Shown: piece by piece, positions 28,382-40,358 of the stretch
Numbering within the stretch: the stretch's first letter is position 1
How the letters are laid out: the number at the start of each line of letters is the position of its first letter
Source: Octopus bimaculoides
Taxonomy: Eukaryota
Direction of reading: 5' to 3'
DNA length: 64,000 nt
NCBI RefSeq assembly: GCF_001194135.2
Contig: NC_068988.1
Location: 66,078,153-66,142,152 of the forward strand
The notes under the pieces: model-generated
The model's input: only the letters and a program-made list of their open reading frames with translations
What the model was told of the DNA's origin: nothing
Database searches by the model: none
Program-made: the position numbers and the translations under genes

Positions 28382-28685
28382 AACAAACACGCATCACTCA
28401 CATACACATAGATATACTGCATATATAGGTGCACACGTGTCTGTGCGATAAATTTACATATATAGAGGCACTCGTATATTTGGCAATAGAATGGGTACAT
28501 TATTCAAATACACAGTATTATAGATCAACTACAACCGATCTTATCAATCAATTTCACATCAGATATTAGATAACTGGACGTATATTGCTCTTCAGAGCAA
28601 TATACTGTCGAGCGCTATTCTGTTGAAGACCATTATTTACATTATTTACATTTGACGGATATTTGTCCTCATCTTGTTTGTTGTT

Positions 28686-28731
28686 AACACAACGTTTCGG
28701 ATGATATACCCTCCAGCCTTCATCAGGTGTC
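28686..28731 (-). ncRNA. Minimal type I hammerhead ribozyme (Penelope-type)
   Basis: GACAC CUGAUGA A GGCUG-GAGGGUAUAU-CAUCC GAAA CG UU / GUGUU: conserved core, 5-bp stem I (one G-U), stem II with one mismatch. Confidence 0.75.
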
Positions 28732-28795
28732 TTGGGGAAATTTCTCATTTCTAAGGTATTTTTCGATGTCATTATTTTTATCATTATTATTATTA

Positions 28796-28853
<58 letters not shown>

Positions 28854-28887
28854 TACTACTATTATTCAGGTCACTGACTGGAATCAA

Positions 28888-28960
<73 letters not shown>

Positions 28961-29007
28961 TCGAAAAATACCTTAGGAATGAGAACCCAGGCTCGAAATT
29001 TCCCCAA

Positions 29008-29050
29008 GACACCTGATGAAGACTGGAGGGTATATCAGCCGAAATCAGTT
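29008..29050 (+). ncRNA. Damaged hammerhead copy (cleavage site and 3' strand of stem I lost)
   Basis: gacac CTGATGA a gactg-gagggtatat-cagcc GAAA tcagtt. Confidence 0.6.
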
Positions 29051-30343
29051 AACAACCAAAACATGAGGACAAATATCCGTAAAATGTAAATAATGTAAAT
29101 AATGTATTTTGAAAAAATGGTAACATCACTGTTAGAATTTCTCTGAAGTTATATATTTTTTGATAACGTTAAGCCACGATCAAATAACAACAACAACAGC
29201 ATCAGCATATATATTTCAGTTTTATTTGCCATGAGTAAAATAGAGTCTGATTTTTAATGCCATTAATGGTTGGTTTTAATCGAGCAGTGATTTAGACGTG
29301 GGATACATACTGCTACTGGAAATTGTTCTACCAAACTACTTCTAGTCCTATTATTTAGCGCCAACTTCTTACCAGAAATTTCATAACTCTCAAGTTGAAG
29401 ACATCCTGCCACTTCACCTCGAACTGTATCAAACTTCTTTTGGATTGAACACTAAATATTAGACTTCATTCATTAAAGCAGTGCATCGCTTTATTGACAT
29501 ATACTACAGTTATTTACAGTTATTTGGAATGGACCAGTACCGTAGCTGTTATTGCAATATAACTCCACAATATCTAAAACTCGAGATGACTATGCCTCTG
29601 TTTTTGGTGATATCAATTTATCCACCTGTAACGACAACAGCAGAAATAAGAGAAAATACGAGGCAATCATGACGATATCTAACATCTCAACTCCTGCCTG
29701 TTTTCAAATACGATGAGATAATAAACTAACATTAACGAAATGATATGCAATTTTGCTTTTTTAAAAATCACATTACAAAAAAATCGAAACGAAATTTATC
29801 AAATTGTTATAAGAGAGTTAACAATATTAAAGAAAATAATAAATTGAATTCAAAATTTACTTTATATTTTTCTACCAATTTTATTTTTATTTATAAAATT
29901 GTATTTTCACAACCGTCTAATGTTGTCCCTCACAGTGTTTCTCTAATTATCATTTTTGTTAATTTAAATTTCTTGTTTGAAATTCAAATTCTTCTTTTTC
30001 ATATTATATTAACCTGAGCATTTCTATAGTGATTTATTCTGTTATTTTAATTTTACGAGATAAAATAGCCAAGGTCTGCTAACTGATTGATAGTAGTGTT
30101 AGAATTAAATCGCAATTTACATTTTTTTAAAAATTAAAGCTATTCGTTATTTTGTTTTCTTTGCTGTAATCAAGAAATATTTTTTCAAAGTATCTGGCGT
30201 AATATTCAGCTTCGCTTATAATACTAGGCGACACCAAATAATGATTGAACAATTTAGTTTATTGCATGTTTTCATTCCATTAGTTTTACTATTGCTGTTG
30301 GTGCTGCTGCCGCTACTACTACTGCTACTACTACTACTACTAC

Positions 30344-30396
<53 letters not shown>

Positions 30397-30404
30397 ATCC
30401 TTAC

Positions 30405-30632
30405 AACTGAAGGAGCAAGGCCTGAAATCTTGGGGGAAGGAGACTAGTCGATCACGTCGACCCCAGTACTTAATTTATCACGTCGACCTGGTACTTAGGT
30501 TATCGACCCGGAAAAGATGAAACTCAAAGTAGATATCGGCGGAATTTCAACTAAGAAAGTAAGGACGGACGAAATGTCGCTAAGAATTTTACCCGGCATG
30601 CTAATGATTCTGTCAGCGCACTGCATTAATCA
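30405..30632 (-). mobile_element. SINE family A with a (CTA)n 3' flank
   Basis: Reverse complement contains ctgacagaatcattagcatgccgggtaaaattcttagcgacatttcgtccgtcc and gggtcgataacc. Confidence 0.8.
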
Positions 30633-31340
30633 ACTCCACTGTGAAACCAACAAATTAATAGACCAGGAAGCATCATGGAGGTGGCTCAACAAGGGTGACC
30701 TAAAAAAGAATACTGAAAGCCTAATCATCACAGCCCAGGATCAGGCATTGAATACCAACTGAGTGAAAAAGAATATATACCCTCAACTGCATCGGACCTT
30801 TGCAGAATGTGTGGGAAGAGGGTCGAAAGTATGATTCATATTGTTCGTGCTTGTAAAAGTCTTGCGCAGAAAACGTACAAGCGTAGACACGACAAAGTAG
30901 CAAAAAGAAGCATCCACTGGCTACTATGCCGTAAATATGGATATAAGTTTACGGGTGCTTGGTACTAACATACACCGGAAAAGGTAATGGACGAAAGGGA
31001 GAGGGCAGAAATCTTCTGGGACTTTGATTTCCAGACAGACAAAGTGTTAAAGCACCGAAGGCCTGATACAGTAACCCTTAGGAGGAACAAACAAGGGTGC
31101 CTAATAATCAACGTTGCAGTGCAGATCAACATATCATCATGAAGGACCTGAGAACTGAGGTTCGCTAAGATGTGACAGCTACGAGAGTCGAGCATAAATA
31201 TTATCCTTATTGTCATCGGAGTATTGGGTTCAATACCACCCAATCTGAAAAAATAAATCTGAAAACCTTAGAGATACTTTACAATCTAGATGTATTGCAA
31301 AAGTCGGTATTACTTGGAACTCCATGCATATTGCGTAAAA
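30631..31340 (+). mobile_element. R4/Dong-clade non-LTR retrotransposon 3' fragment (CCHC knuckle + restriction-like endonuclease), pseudogenised
   Basis: IDQEASWRWLNKGDLKKNTESLIITAQDQALNTN; CRMC-x8-H-x4-C from 30801; KRRHDKVA; IFWDFDFQTDKVLKHRRPD; CLIINVAV; stops and frameshifts; ends before aataataat. Confidence 0.88.
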
Positions 31341-31399
31341 AATAATAATGTTAAAGCTTTCTTTATTAATAAGTAGGATTAACTAAGACTGCAGTTATG

Positions 31400-31660
31400 C
31401 TCACCACTCTCATTCACCTCTTTGATTTCAGAATGGTCGACTTCAACTTTTGGGGTCGGTAAAATATGTATTAGACAAGTACTGGACCCAATGTAATCAA
31501 CTAGTACTCTACCTTCAGATTTGAAACCATGTGGCAGCGAGCTAATAGAATCGTTAGCGCGCACAACTAAGTGCTTTGCAGCATTTCTTCCGATTCTTAG
31601 CCATCAGTGTTCGAATTCCACCAAAGTCAGCCTTGTCATTCGTCCTTCGGATATAATTAC
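31400..31660 (+). mobile_element. Two degraded SINE family A copies
   Basis: ggggtcggtaaaatatgt ... tttgaaacc, then ggcagcgagctaatagaatcgttagcgcg. Confidence 0.7.
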
Positions 31661-33505
31661 ATTGATTTAAGAGAGTACGCCTTGAAATGTCCAATGGAAC
31701 ATGCCTCAATGTTTTGAAGTGTAATCGGGTTCTTAAATGGAGAAGACACGAGAATCATACATTTAAAATGTATGACAGATATGTAAGGAATAGACACTTT
31801 AAGACCTACGTGAACATATTTTATGTTAACAGATGTGGTGTGAAAATATCCACATGTATATTGTACTTATTCTGATATGTGTGTCTATTTCTGTAGATAC
31901 CTTACCAATGCGCAACGAATGTTATTTTTATCACATTGAAGCTTGTGAAGGATTCCATTTGTAAAAATAACACAGTTAAGGCTCTTAGTATTTTTAATTC
32001 AATATTACGTCGCTGTAATTCCTTAGCTTTGCAGCTCACTTTTAGCCATCACTGCAGTTATTTAGAAATGCAAATTCGATAATTCGATAATTATTCTTTT
32101 CGTTTTCGACAGTGATGTACGGTTTATTATGTTACATGCTGATCTGTCTGTATACTAAATTTCCATAGTATTAACAATTTCATTTTCTAAGAGATGTGAA
32201 GTTTCATGATTACTTTAGAAATCTTCTAGAGGCTGTTGAGGTTTTATAGGGTAAGGCAGTATTGCTACATTATTGGTTGTTAATTTTGATAAATATGTTT
32301 TCATAAAGTATAGCTTGTGTGAATCGTATTACTGTATGAGGTTATTATTTGTGTGTTCTGTATCAAGAGTGTGTACTATTTGATTGTGCAGATATGTGCA
32401 ACACCTTGAGCGTTTTGCATAAATGTGTGGTGTAAATAACAGAGTAGTATTTTGGACAGTGCGAAATGTGAGCCGTGGTATGGCTGTTTCGTTTCTCTGC
32501 AGTTATGTTCTTCAGTTATAACTGGCTTTGTTTATACGTTCACGTTCATGACGAATTTTCTTTCCTTTTTCTGGCAATGTTTTAGATAGAAGAGAGTCGA
32601 GATATCTATTAGGGAACAATAATTTCGGTTTCTTTCATTTATTATATCTGAATAATTCGAAAGGATCTACTTAGTAATCTAAGCAAGTATGTTTCAAATG
32701 ATTGTCATCAAGACCTTATCATCAACTGTAACTGATTACTTGTTCGATGTATCGACGTATTATCCAGCTGACAGAGTTATCGACTGAGAAGCTAAAAGTT
32801 TTGCGGTCAGCTGTTTCATTGTATTGATTGCATAGTCTGTATTTGTTACAATCTTTTCCATCATTTTGGTTTTGTATTGGTCCGTTGCAGCTAAAATTAG
32901 AACGACTGTTTCTGCTCTTAGCTTTTTCAGCTTTCTTAGCTTTCACTGTTACTTATGTTCTCTACAGAACAGTCTTACAGAGTATTGACCAAATAATGAT
33001 ATTTCTATCCATTTTTTTTCTTGGAAGTATTTTGGAATGCTGTATTGATTTTTACTTTTGTTTATATTTAAAACTTTCTGTTGTTCTATCTTTATGTAAT
33101 TTCTTCCTCAGTGTAATTAGTTTCTAGTTTGAAGTTAATTGCTTCCCTGTAAAGACAAACTCTGTTTTATTTCTGTTTATTTTTTAAACTAATCAGTTTC
33201 TCTTTGTTTGATTCTAAGGACATTTATACGTTCATTGTATTAAATTGTAGTGGTTTTCTATGCGTATCAGAAGCTCTCTTTCTTGCATTATATTCCCTTT
33301 ATATCTGCTTTGCGTTGGGAGTTACCGAACGCTGTCGATATTTTTCTGTTTTTATGATCGACTAATTCAGTTTATTTGACTTTTATCTATTATGTTAAAT
33401 GTGTAGTTTATAACCAGAATGGTTTGTTTCTTTGTATATAACTTATTTCTTTCAACAGCCGCTGTTTTAAAATAAGTTTGATTCTTTTCTAATTTTATCA
33501 TTTAT

Positions 33506-34110
33506 TCAAGTGCTTTGTAAGTTACCAGATAATTTATATGGGTTGTTCTGGTGTAACTCTCTAATTTCGTTTTCTGAGTCTGATTTAATGTCCTCATTCA
33601 CCGAAATGAGGACATTAAAGTATCTGGTGCATTTGAGTTTGTAACTAGCTACTTCAGCACAAATTTTGAGAAGCTTTTGAAAACCAGAAAGGAAATCAGA
33701 GATGGAAATCAGAATGAAATAAGCGTAATGTCGGCAGATTTCTTTTCTCTTTAACATTATGTTAAAATCCGCTGAACACTAAATTTCTACTTTAGCGCTC
33801 ACCTTCTTTTGATCAAGTCTAGATAGTACCTTATAATTATAATTTGGAGACGTTTTCATTGAAACATTACTTCAATACTCTTTTATATTAAGTGTGATTA
33901 TTTCCTCCATCTTACTACTGTAATTTATTTTAGTCTCATCTCCAGATATACCGTAATATGAGTGAGCAAATATATTATGCCTCATAAGTAAATACAGCCG
34001 TGATGGCATTTTCGAATTTTTATGGACGCCAGCTAAGGTGTTAATTCCACAATTTCCATCGGCTGTTACAACGATATCTTTTACCTGCATTGTTTTCCCC
34101 ATCTGTGCAT
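33506..34110 (-). pseudogene. Decayed OTU-like cysteine protease frame, probably transposon-borne
   Basis: DIVVTADGNCGINTLA (DGNC at 34060-34049); ORFs 33872-34102 and 33506-33757 share one frame broken by two stops; AKVEI*CSADFNI resembles the OTU EI-x-A segment. Confidence 0.45.
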
Positions 34111-34502
34111 AAGTTATTTCGTTAATTTTTATACCTCGACTACAAAAGCATATAATTCAAATTGAGCGCAAATTGAGCACTTGTTAGCCCCAAATAGATT
34201 AAATATGTCATCTCGGTTAGCATGTCAGGACAGTCTGTCAATAAACGGGAACCCTTTCATTTGATATCCTGCTGCTGTATTCTTGGTCATCATTCAGTAA
34301 ATTCTTGGTGAGGAATTCTTTGCTAATTCTCATAATGCTATTTTTATCATGTATGCAGATTAATCTATGGATACACCTTGACGTTTGATGAACAGTAGAT
34401 GTTGTCGAAGTGTTATGACACATTTAAACTGTTTCTGTATTTAATACGTATAGATTGACATGTGCAATATATATGTATATAATGTGCACGTCTGGAATGT
34501 AT

Positions 34503-34840
34503 AGGCGTGAGTGTGTAGCAAGAAGCTTACTTCCCAACCGCATGTTTCCGGGTTCAGTCTCACTGCGTGGCACTTCGTGCAAGTTACTTCTACTAAAGCC
34601 ACGAGCCGATCAGAGTCTAAGTGAGTGGATTTGGTAGACGGAAACTGAAAGAAGTCCGAGGAATATATATGCATATATACACACACACATATACGTATAA
34701 ATATATATATACTTGCATATATGTGTGTATGCGCGCGCGCGTGTGCATGTGTGCCTATTTATCCACCACTACCGCTTCAAAACAGGTCGTGGGTGTCTAT
34801 ATGCCCGTACCGTAGCGGTCGGCAACAGTCCGATAGAATA
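34503..34840 (+). mobile_element. SINE family B, degraded, with internal microsatellite
   Basis: tttccgggttcagtctcactgcgtggcac, gtggatttggtagacggaaactgaaagaag, tagcggtcggcaa. Confidence 0.8.
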
Positions 34841-37786
34841 CGTGAATGATAAAACATAAAAGATATAGGAGATGGATTTCTGTGTGTGATATACATGTTT
34901 GCGCGTGTAAAACATCTTTCTACAGATAGTGTGTTTGCATAGCATAAGTGTATATATGCTACACACGCAAATGCATAAACATGCTTGTGTGCATATGTAT
35001 GTGGATCTCTCTGTGTGCATACATGTGCGAGTGATTTATTAAAAATTCCTCATCTGTGCAAGCAGGAATGCGGAATTATCATTGCATTTATTCTTGCATA
35101 TTTCAATTTATTGATTCTGAATTAATTATTTCCCTTTATTTTACGCATTTAAAATCCGACACACACATGCACGCGCGTACACACACACACATACACACAC
35201 ACGCACACACACACACGCACACACATATATACCTTGTCTTCATTATAAAACAATGATGACATTTTAAATGGTAATTAATGAAACAAAATATTTAATTAAC
35301 TTCCAGAGAAAATTGGTGAAATTAACCAAGAAATATCATTTGATTAAGAACAGAAAAAAAACAAAAACTATAAGAGAAAAATCCAAAGATGAAATACCAA
35401 TAATTTTTCAGAGACAGTTCAAAGGATTTTTTTTAAATACATATTCTGCTTAATAATTATTGGAGCCAGTGTAATTAATGAAGCAAGAATCTGGCACAAT
35501 GTGCAAATGCACATTATCGAATGCAGTATTCAGATTGCTCCACCATCATTCTTAATGAAGCCCAAATATTATTGTCCCAATCTATGATATAATGATATTC
35601 AAGCAAGGTCCTGATCTTTTGACTTCATTAGTTTAACATGCCTATCGTCTCCACTGTTTTGCTTTGTACTAATTATCTCTGAAACTGTCAGCAGTTTGTA
35701 TTATTATACGGGATATAATTATCTAAATCAATCAGGACATTTCCTGACCCATCATTCGACATTTATTTTAAACTTTGCAACATTACTAGCTAATTTAATT
35801 AAACTAGAAACTTTATCAGTGTGAATCACACAAATGTATCCCCTTTTCACAAGGCAACCCTTGTAACTTTGTATCCTCTGGCAACACAGATATTTTATTA
35901 CGTACTATAACGTAAAGGAAACGTACCGAATTCCATCGTAGTAAAATAAGTTTCATATTAAGGAAACTTAAAGTAGAACAGCTTAAACATCAACAACAAT
36001 AAAACGTCCACAAGGTCACTGCACGCGCAAGGAAAAGGAGAGGAAACTCCTCCAAATTTAAGGAGGGAGGATACGGTGGATAGTGATATCACTAATGCAT
36101 AGAAAGACTGACTGGTTATGATTTTAACCTGTTCGATCATGCATTTATGAATTACTAGGAACTAGAGGTTAAACTTCAACGTCAAATATATCAGCCATGA
36201 TTAAACACTCGAAGTCACACATGCTTTTTTACACATACGCACACACGGACTCCGACACACATACAGGACGCGTCAAATGGTTGAGAACAAAGCATATTAT
36301 AAGAAAAAAAAAATTATTTTGCTTGTGTACGATGTCAAATAAACAAGTAGAATACCCCGTTCTTTATTATTTTCCCATAAGAACAGTGCACAGGAATATT
36401 TTATACTTCCTGAATCCCTAAATATTACTCCGCAAAACTGCGAAAATATATTTATTCATAGGTCGGAAAAGAAAACTTTCCATATAGAAATCGACGGAAT
36501 CAAAATTTCAGGGTAGTAACACATTGAAACTGTTAAAATATCGGAAACATGGAGAATCAATTTAGCGATTTCAAAGAGAAAGGCAAAATTCTAATGATTT
36601 TTAGTGTCCAATATTACTTTTTATCGAAATAATATTAAAATTGCGGATGTAATCGATCTTGCAGTTTAAATCCAAAACTTGACCTTAGTGTAAGGACTCC
36701 AATCATCTAAGGAGAACCACAATGTTTCCTCCTTCCTAATTAGATTTTCAACCCCTACAGAGTTAGTGGGCGTATGGGTTCCTTACCTTAGTAAGCTATA
36801 AGAAAATAAGATGAAATTTGAAACTCTGCAACTTAATTTCTTTTCTTAGTTCTAGTTAAAGCAGCAAATGGGTACGAAATATAGTTAACTAGCATGACGT
36901 GTATAGCAATATATGTTACTATTTAAGAGAGTATAGAGTGATTTGAGGGAGGGTGACTTGTACCTGGCAGAGCACAGAATATCGTCCTTTCATTTTATTC
37001 GTAAAACTCGTATTTGAAAAGGCCACTAGATGATGTATGACCAGACGCACCTATGTATGTTATGTAATGTGTATGTATGTACATGTGTGCATGTGTGTAT
37101 TTCTTCAATAATATGTGGTTGGGACAGGAATATTTAGTCAAAGTTCTTCTACGGTAATATTATATGGAACGGTATTTTCCGTCGATGCCCATAACCCTTT
37201 AGTTTAGATGCACTATCCAAGGTAAGAAGGAATAACAACAACGTATTGGTTATCATCCAATAAGATGAACACACACACACACACAGACACACACACACAC
37301 ACACACACACGCGCACACACACACACACACACACATACACACGCACACGAGGCCGGAGAATGGCACCGAAGCGGTCACAGATAAGTGACGACAGATTTCG
37401 AGGCATTGACATGAATTAAAATAAGACCAGTAATGAATGAGTGGAGAACGAATATACGAATTGACAAAAACAATATCTATCTATATATATATNNNNNNNN
37501 NNNNNNNNNNNNNNNNNNNNNNNNNNNNNNNNNNNNNNNNNNNNNNNNNNNNNNNNNNNNNNNNNNNNNNNNNNNNNNNNNNNNNNNNNNNNNNNNNNNN
37601 NNNNNNNNNNNNNNNNNNNNNNNNNNNNNNNNNNNNNNNNNNNNNNNNNNNNNNNNNNNNNNNNNNNNNNNNNNNNNNNNNNNNNNNNNNNNNNNNNNNN
37701 NNNNNNNNNNNNNNNNNNNNNNNNNNNNNNNNNNNNNNNNNNNNNNNNNNNNNNNNNNNNNNNNNNNNNNNNNNNNNNNNNNNNNN

Positions 37787-37823
<37 letters not shown>

Positions 37824-37999
37824 ATGCATCTATGTATGTATCTATGTATGTATGTGCATTGGCCTATATATATATATGTATGTATATAGTTTGGTAACTA
37901 ATGATCCCTGCTCTTGTTAGATATACATGTACACAGATTTATGAAGATCAAATTTTCTCCATTCACTACCATAGTAGTGCGTTATCGTGCATGTGTCTT

Positions 38000-38390
38000 A
38001 AGTCTTCATGAAAAAAAAATGGGCTTCATCGAAAATACCCAATCCTCATCGTAATTTGTTTCCGCTATTGGTGGCAATGACAAACATTGCTTTACCGAGT
38101 GACATCCCATACTTGCCATGCCTTCAACGATGACTCAACGCACTCATTATGGTCGTATCCTTGGGTTTTGCTGGGAGTTCTTTCCTCATACAAGTTCACC
38201 ATTTAGCATCTGTGCAGAGATCTTCCGAACATTCATATGAACAAGGTTTCCAACCCAAAGTAAAGTGTGCTTGTGCATCATCGCCTCAATGTTCCAGCAT
38301 GTCGGCTTCCCTTATGACATGTGTGTCTGGTGTCTCGAAAGATCAGCTAACTTTCAGAATGTGTCTTAGGGGACCCTTACATGGTGCTTG
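38000..38390 (-). mobile_element. RTE-clade LINE fragment (post-RT region), pseudogenised
   Basis: LRHILKVS*SFETPDTHVIREADML, frameshift, then NIEAMMHKHTLLWVGNLVHMNVRKISAQMLNGELV*GK, matching the RTE pattern LRxIL..W / LRWxGHxxRM / YGEL. Confidence 0.75.
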
Positions 38391-38481
38391 TATATATACA
38401 TACATACGCACGCATATACATATATGCATACATACACACACATATATAGAGAAAGACAGACAGACAATCAGACAGACAGAC

Positions 38482-38516
<35 letters not shown>

Positions 38517-38517
38517 C

Positions 38518-38564
<47 letters not shown>

Positions 38565-39214
38565 CAGATAGATAGATAGATAGATAGACTGTATTTGAAG
38601 GGATAAAAATTCAGTTTTACTAAACCAAATAATCTGCATGCCATGAAGGGTTCCGTAATTCGTTTGTTACAATTATCTTTTGAACATATGAAAACATACA
38701 TTTACACACCCATACGCACACGCTCTCAAACGCATGCGCACACTCACACATATATATACACTCATACACATAGACATACTGACTGAGAAAAACAAGTATC
38801 GATAGATATGTATGAGCATATATTTGCCGTAGACGCCAATAAAACAGCATGGTAGCATATAAATCGAAACATATATTCCCGGGAACATTTAACCACTGAT
38901 TGTTATCGATATACGGAATTAGATATATTGATATGATTTATGATAATTGTACAAAATGGCGTCAGTCAGATATACAACTCATACAAATTCATTGGTATTC
39001 CGAAATATTGTTTTCCGTTAAATCTCAAATATTTTCGGCCTGGTAAAGATGGATAGGAAAATGTTGCCACACTTATTAACAACGAGACAGAGGTAATATA
39101 TTAAAATATCGTTTGGAAAAAGATTATTCGTATGTGTGTATACATGTGGCACCAGTGATGTTGCAACTCTTTTCTACAGCTGAGTGAACTGGAGCATATA
39201 TATATATATATATT

Positions 39215-39425
39215 GTTCCATAATATAACCTCGTGGATATCGGGGGCGATTTTTTCTTCCTCCGTTTTCCCCTTCTTTGGACTTTCCTTGTTTCCGACGA
39301 AGAGCTCCGTTCGAAACGTCAAATTCTCTCTCTTTCTTTTCTCGAGCGTCTAGTAATACAATCTGTATCACGTCCTCACGTTGTTGTTTTTTGTTGTTTT
39401 TTTGTCTTTTTCCGTTTTTGAACTT
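39215..39425 (+). mobile_element. (TA)n-flanked, pyrimidine-rich repeat carrying a hammerhead-like motif
   Basis: Homologous to 40030-40240 on the minus strand (ccg...ttt, gaaacgt, cgttgttgttttt); TA tracts on both sides. Confidence 0.6.
39290..39324 (+). ncRNA. Minimal hammerhead-like motif with CCGACGA core (U4C)
   Basis: GUUU CCGACGA A GAGC-UCC-GUUC GAAA CG UC / AAAU. Confidence 0.55.
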
Positions 39426-40029
39426 ATATATATATATATGTTCGTTCAATTGGCTCAGTGCTTACATTTGCTTATGGCATAAACAGCTCTTAACTCATAA
39501 AGAGGAATACGTACATAACTGTGTGTATGAGAGAGGAGTTTGTATATGTGTGTGAGTGTGTGCATGCGTGAATGTGTTTGTGTTTGTATGTGTGTGTGTG
39601 TGCGTGCTAGTGTATTTATATAACTTACCCAGTGGTCAAATATTACATTGTCAATCAAAGCCTTCATCAATTACTGATGGCCAAGATTCTGTGGGGCCAC
39701 AAACAGTACAACTGTCATTATGGCAACTGTTATTGAAGGGATGCCACATGTTTTCGACTAGAAATAGAACAATTTCTGCAGCTGATGGCACATGGAAGGT
39801 GAAGCGTAGGTGAAAGCAGTTGTGTTTCTCTGTTCTTCTGTATGAATACGTTCTTTGGATTGCTATATGGATGAAGTAATTAATTTCATTGAACACCAAT
39901 GGACGAAGATAATAACTCTAAGCATTTTCTGTTTCTTTAATCCTTCTCCTGTTTAATATGTTTTTGAAATAGTTCATTAGATTTGAGTGACAAACTACCA
40001 TTCAATATACAAATGTGCTCTCCCTATAT

Positions 40030-40240
40030 TATATATATAAGCAACAAAAAAAAAATCGAAGAAAAAACACAATATACAAGAAAAAAACAACAACGCGAGT
40101 ACGAGGTACATGCAAAGTATTGAAAGATGCCCAGAGAAGGAAAGAAAGGCTGTTTAACGTTTCGAGGAAAGCTCTTCTTCGGGAGCAGGAGACAGAGGAA
40201 TGTCAAAGAGAAAAGACGGAATAAAAAATAGTCAACAATC
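40030..40240 (-). mobile_element. Second, diverged copy of the 39215-39425 repeat
   Basis: Minus strand: ttccgtcttttctctttgac...ccgaagaagagctttcctcgaaacgttaaac...cgcgttgttgttttttt. Confidence 0.6.
40152..40187 (-). ncRNA. Minimal hammerhead-like motif with CCGAAGA core (U4C), stem I damaged
   Basis: gctc CCGAAGA A GAG-CUUUC-CUC GAAA CG UU / AAAC. Confidence 0.5.
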
Positions 40241-40306
40241 CATATGTAGTTACGTTATATACATGTGTGTGTATGTACGCATGTACGTATGTATGTACAT
40301 AAATAC

Positions 40307-40358
<52 letters not shown>

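Larger units (their letters stand above)
28631..29104. mobile_element. Inverted pair of a non-autonomous repeat: B-box remnant + (AAT)n + body + hammerhead motif + (TGTAAATAA)n end
   Basis: 28631-28770 is the reverse complement of 28958-29104 apart from a deletion of about 12 nt and a few substitutions; (ATT)n and (AAT)n flank a 24-nt core at 28867-28890. Confidence 0.85.
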
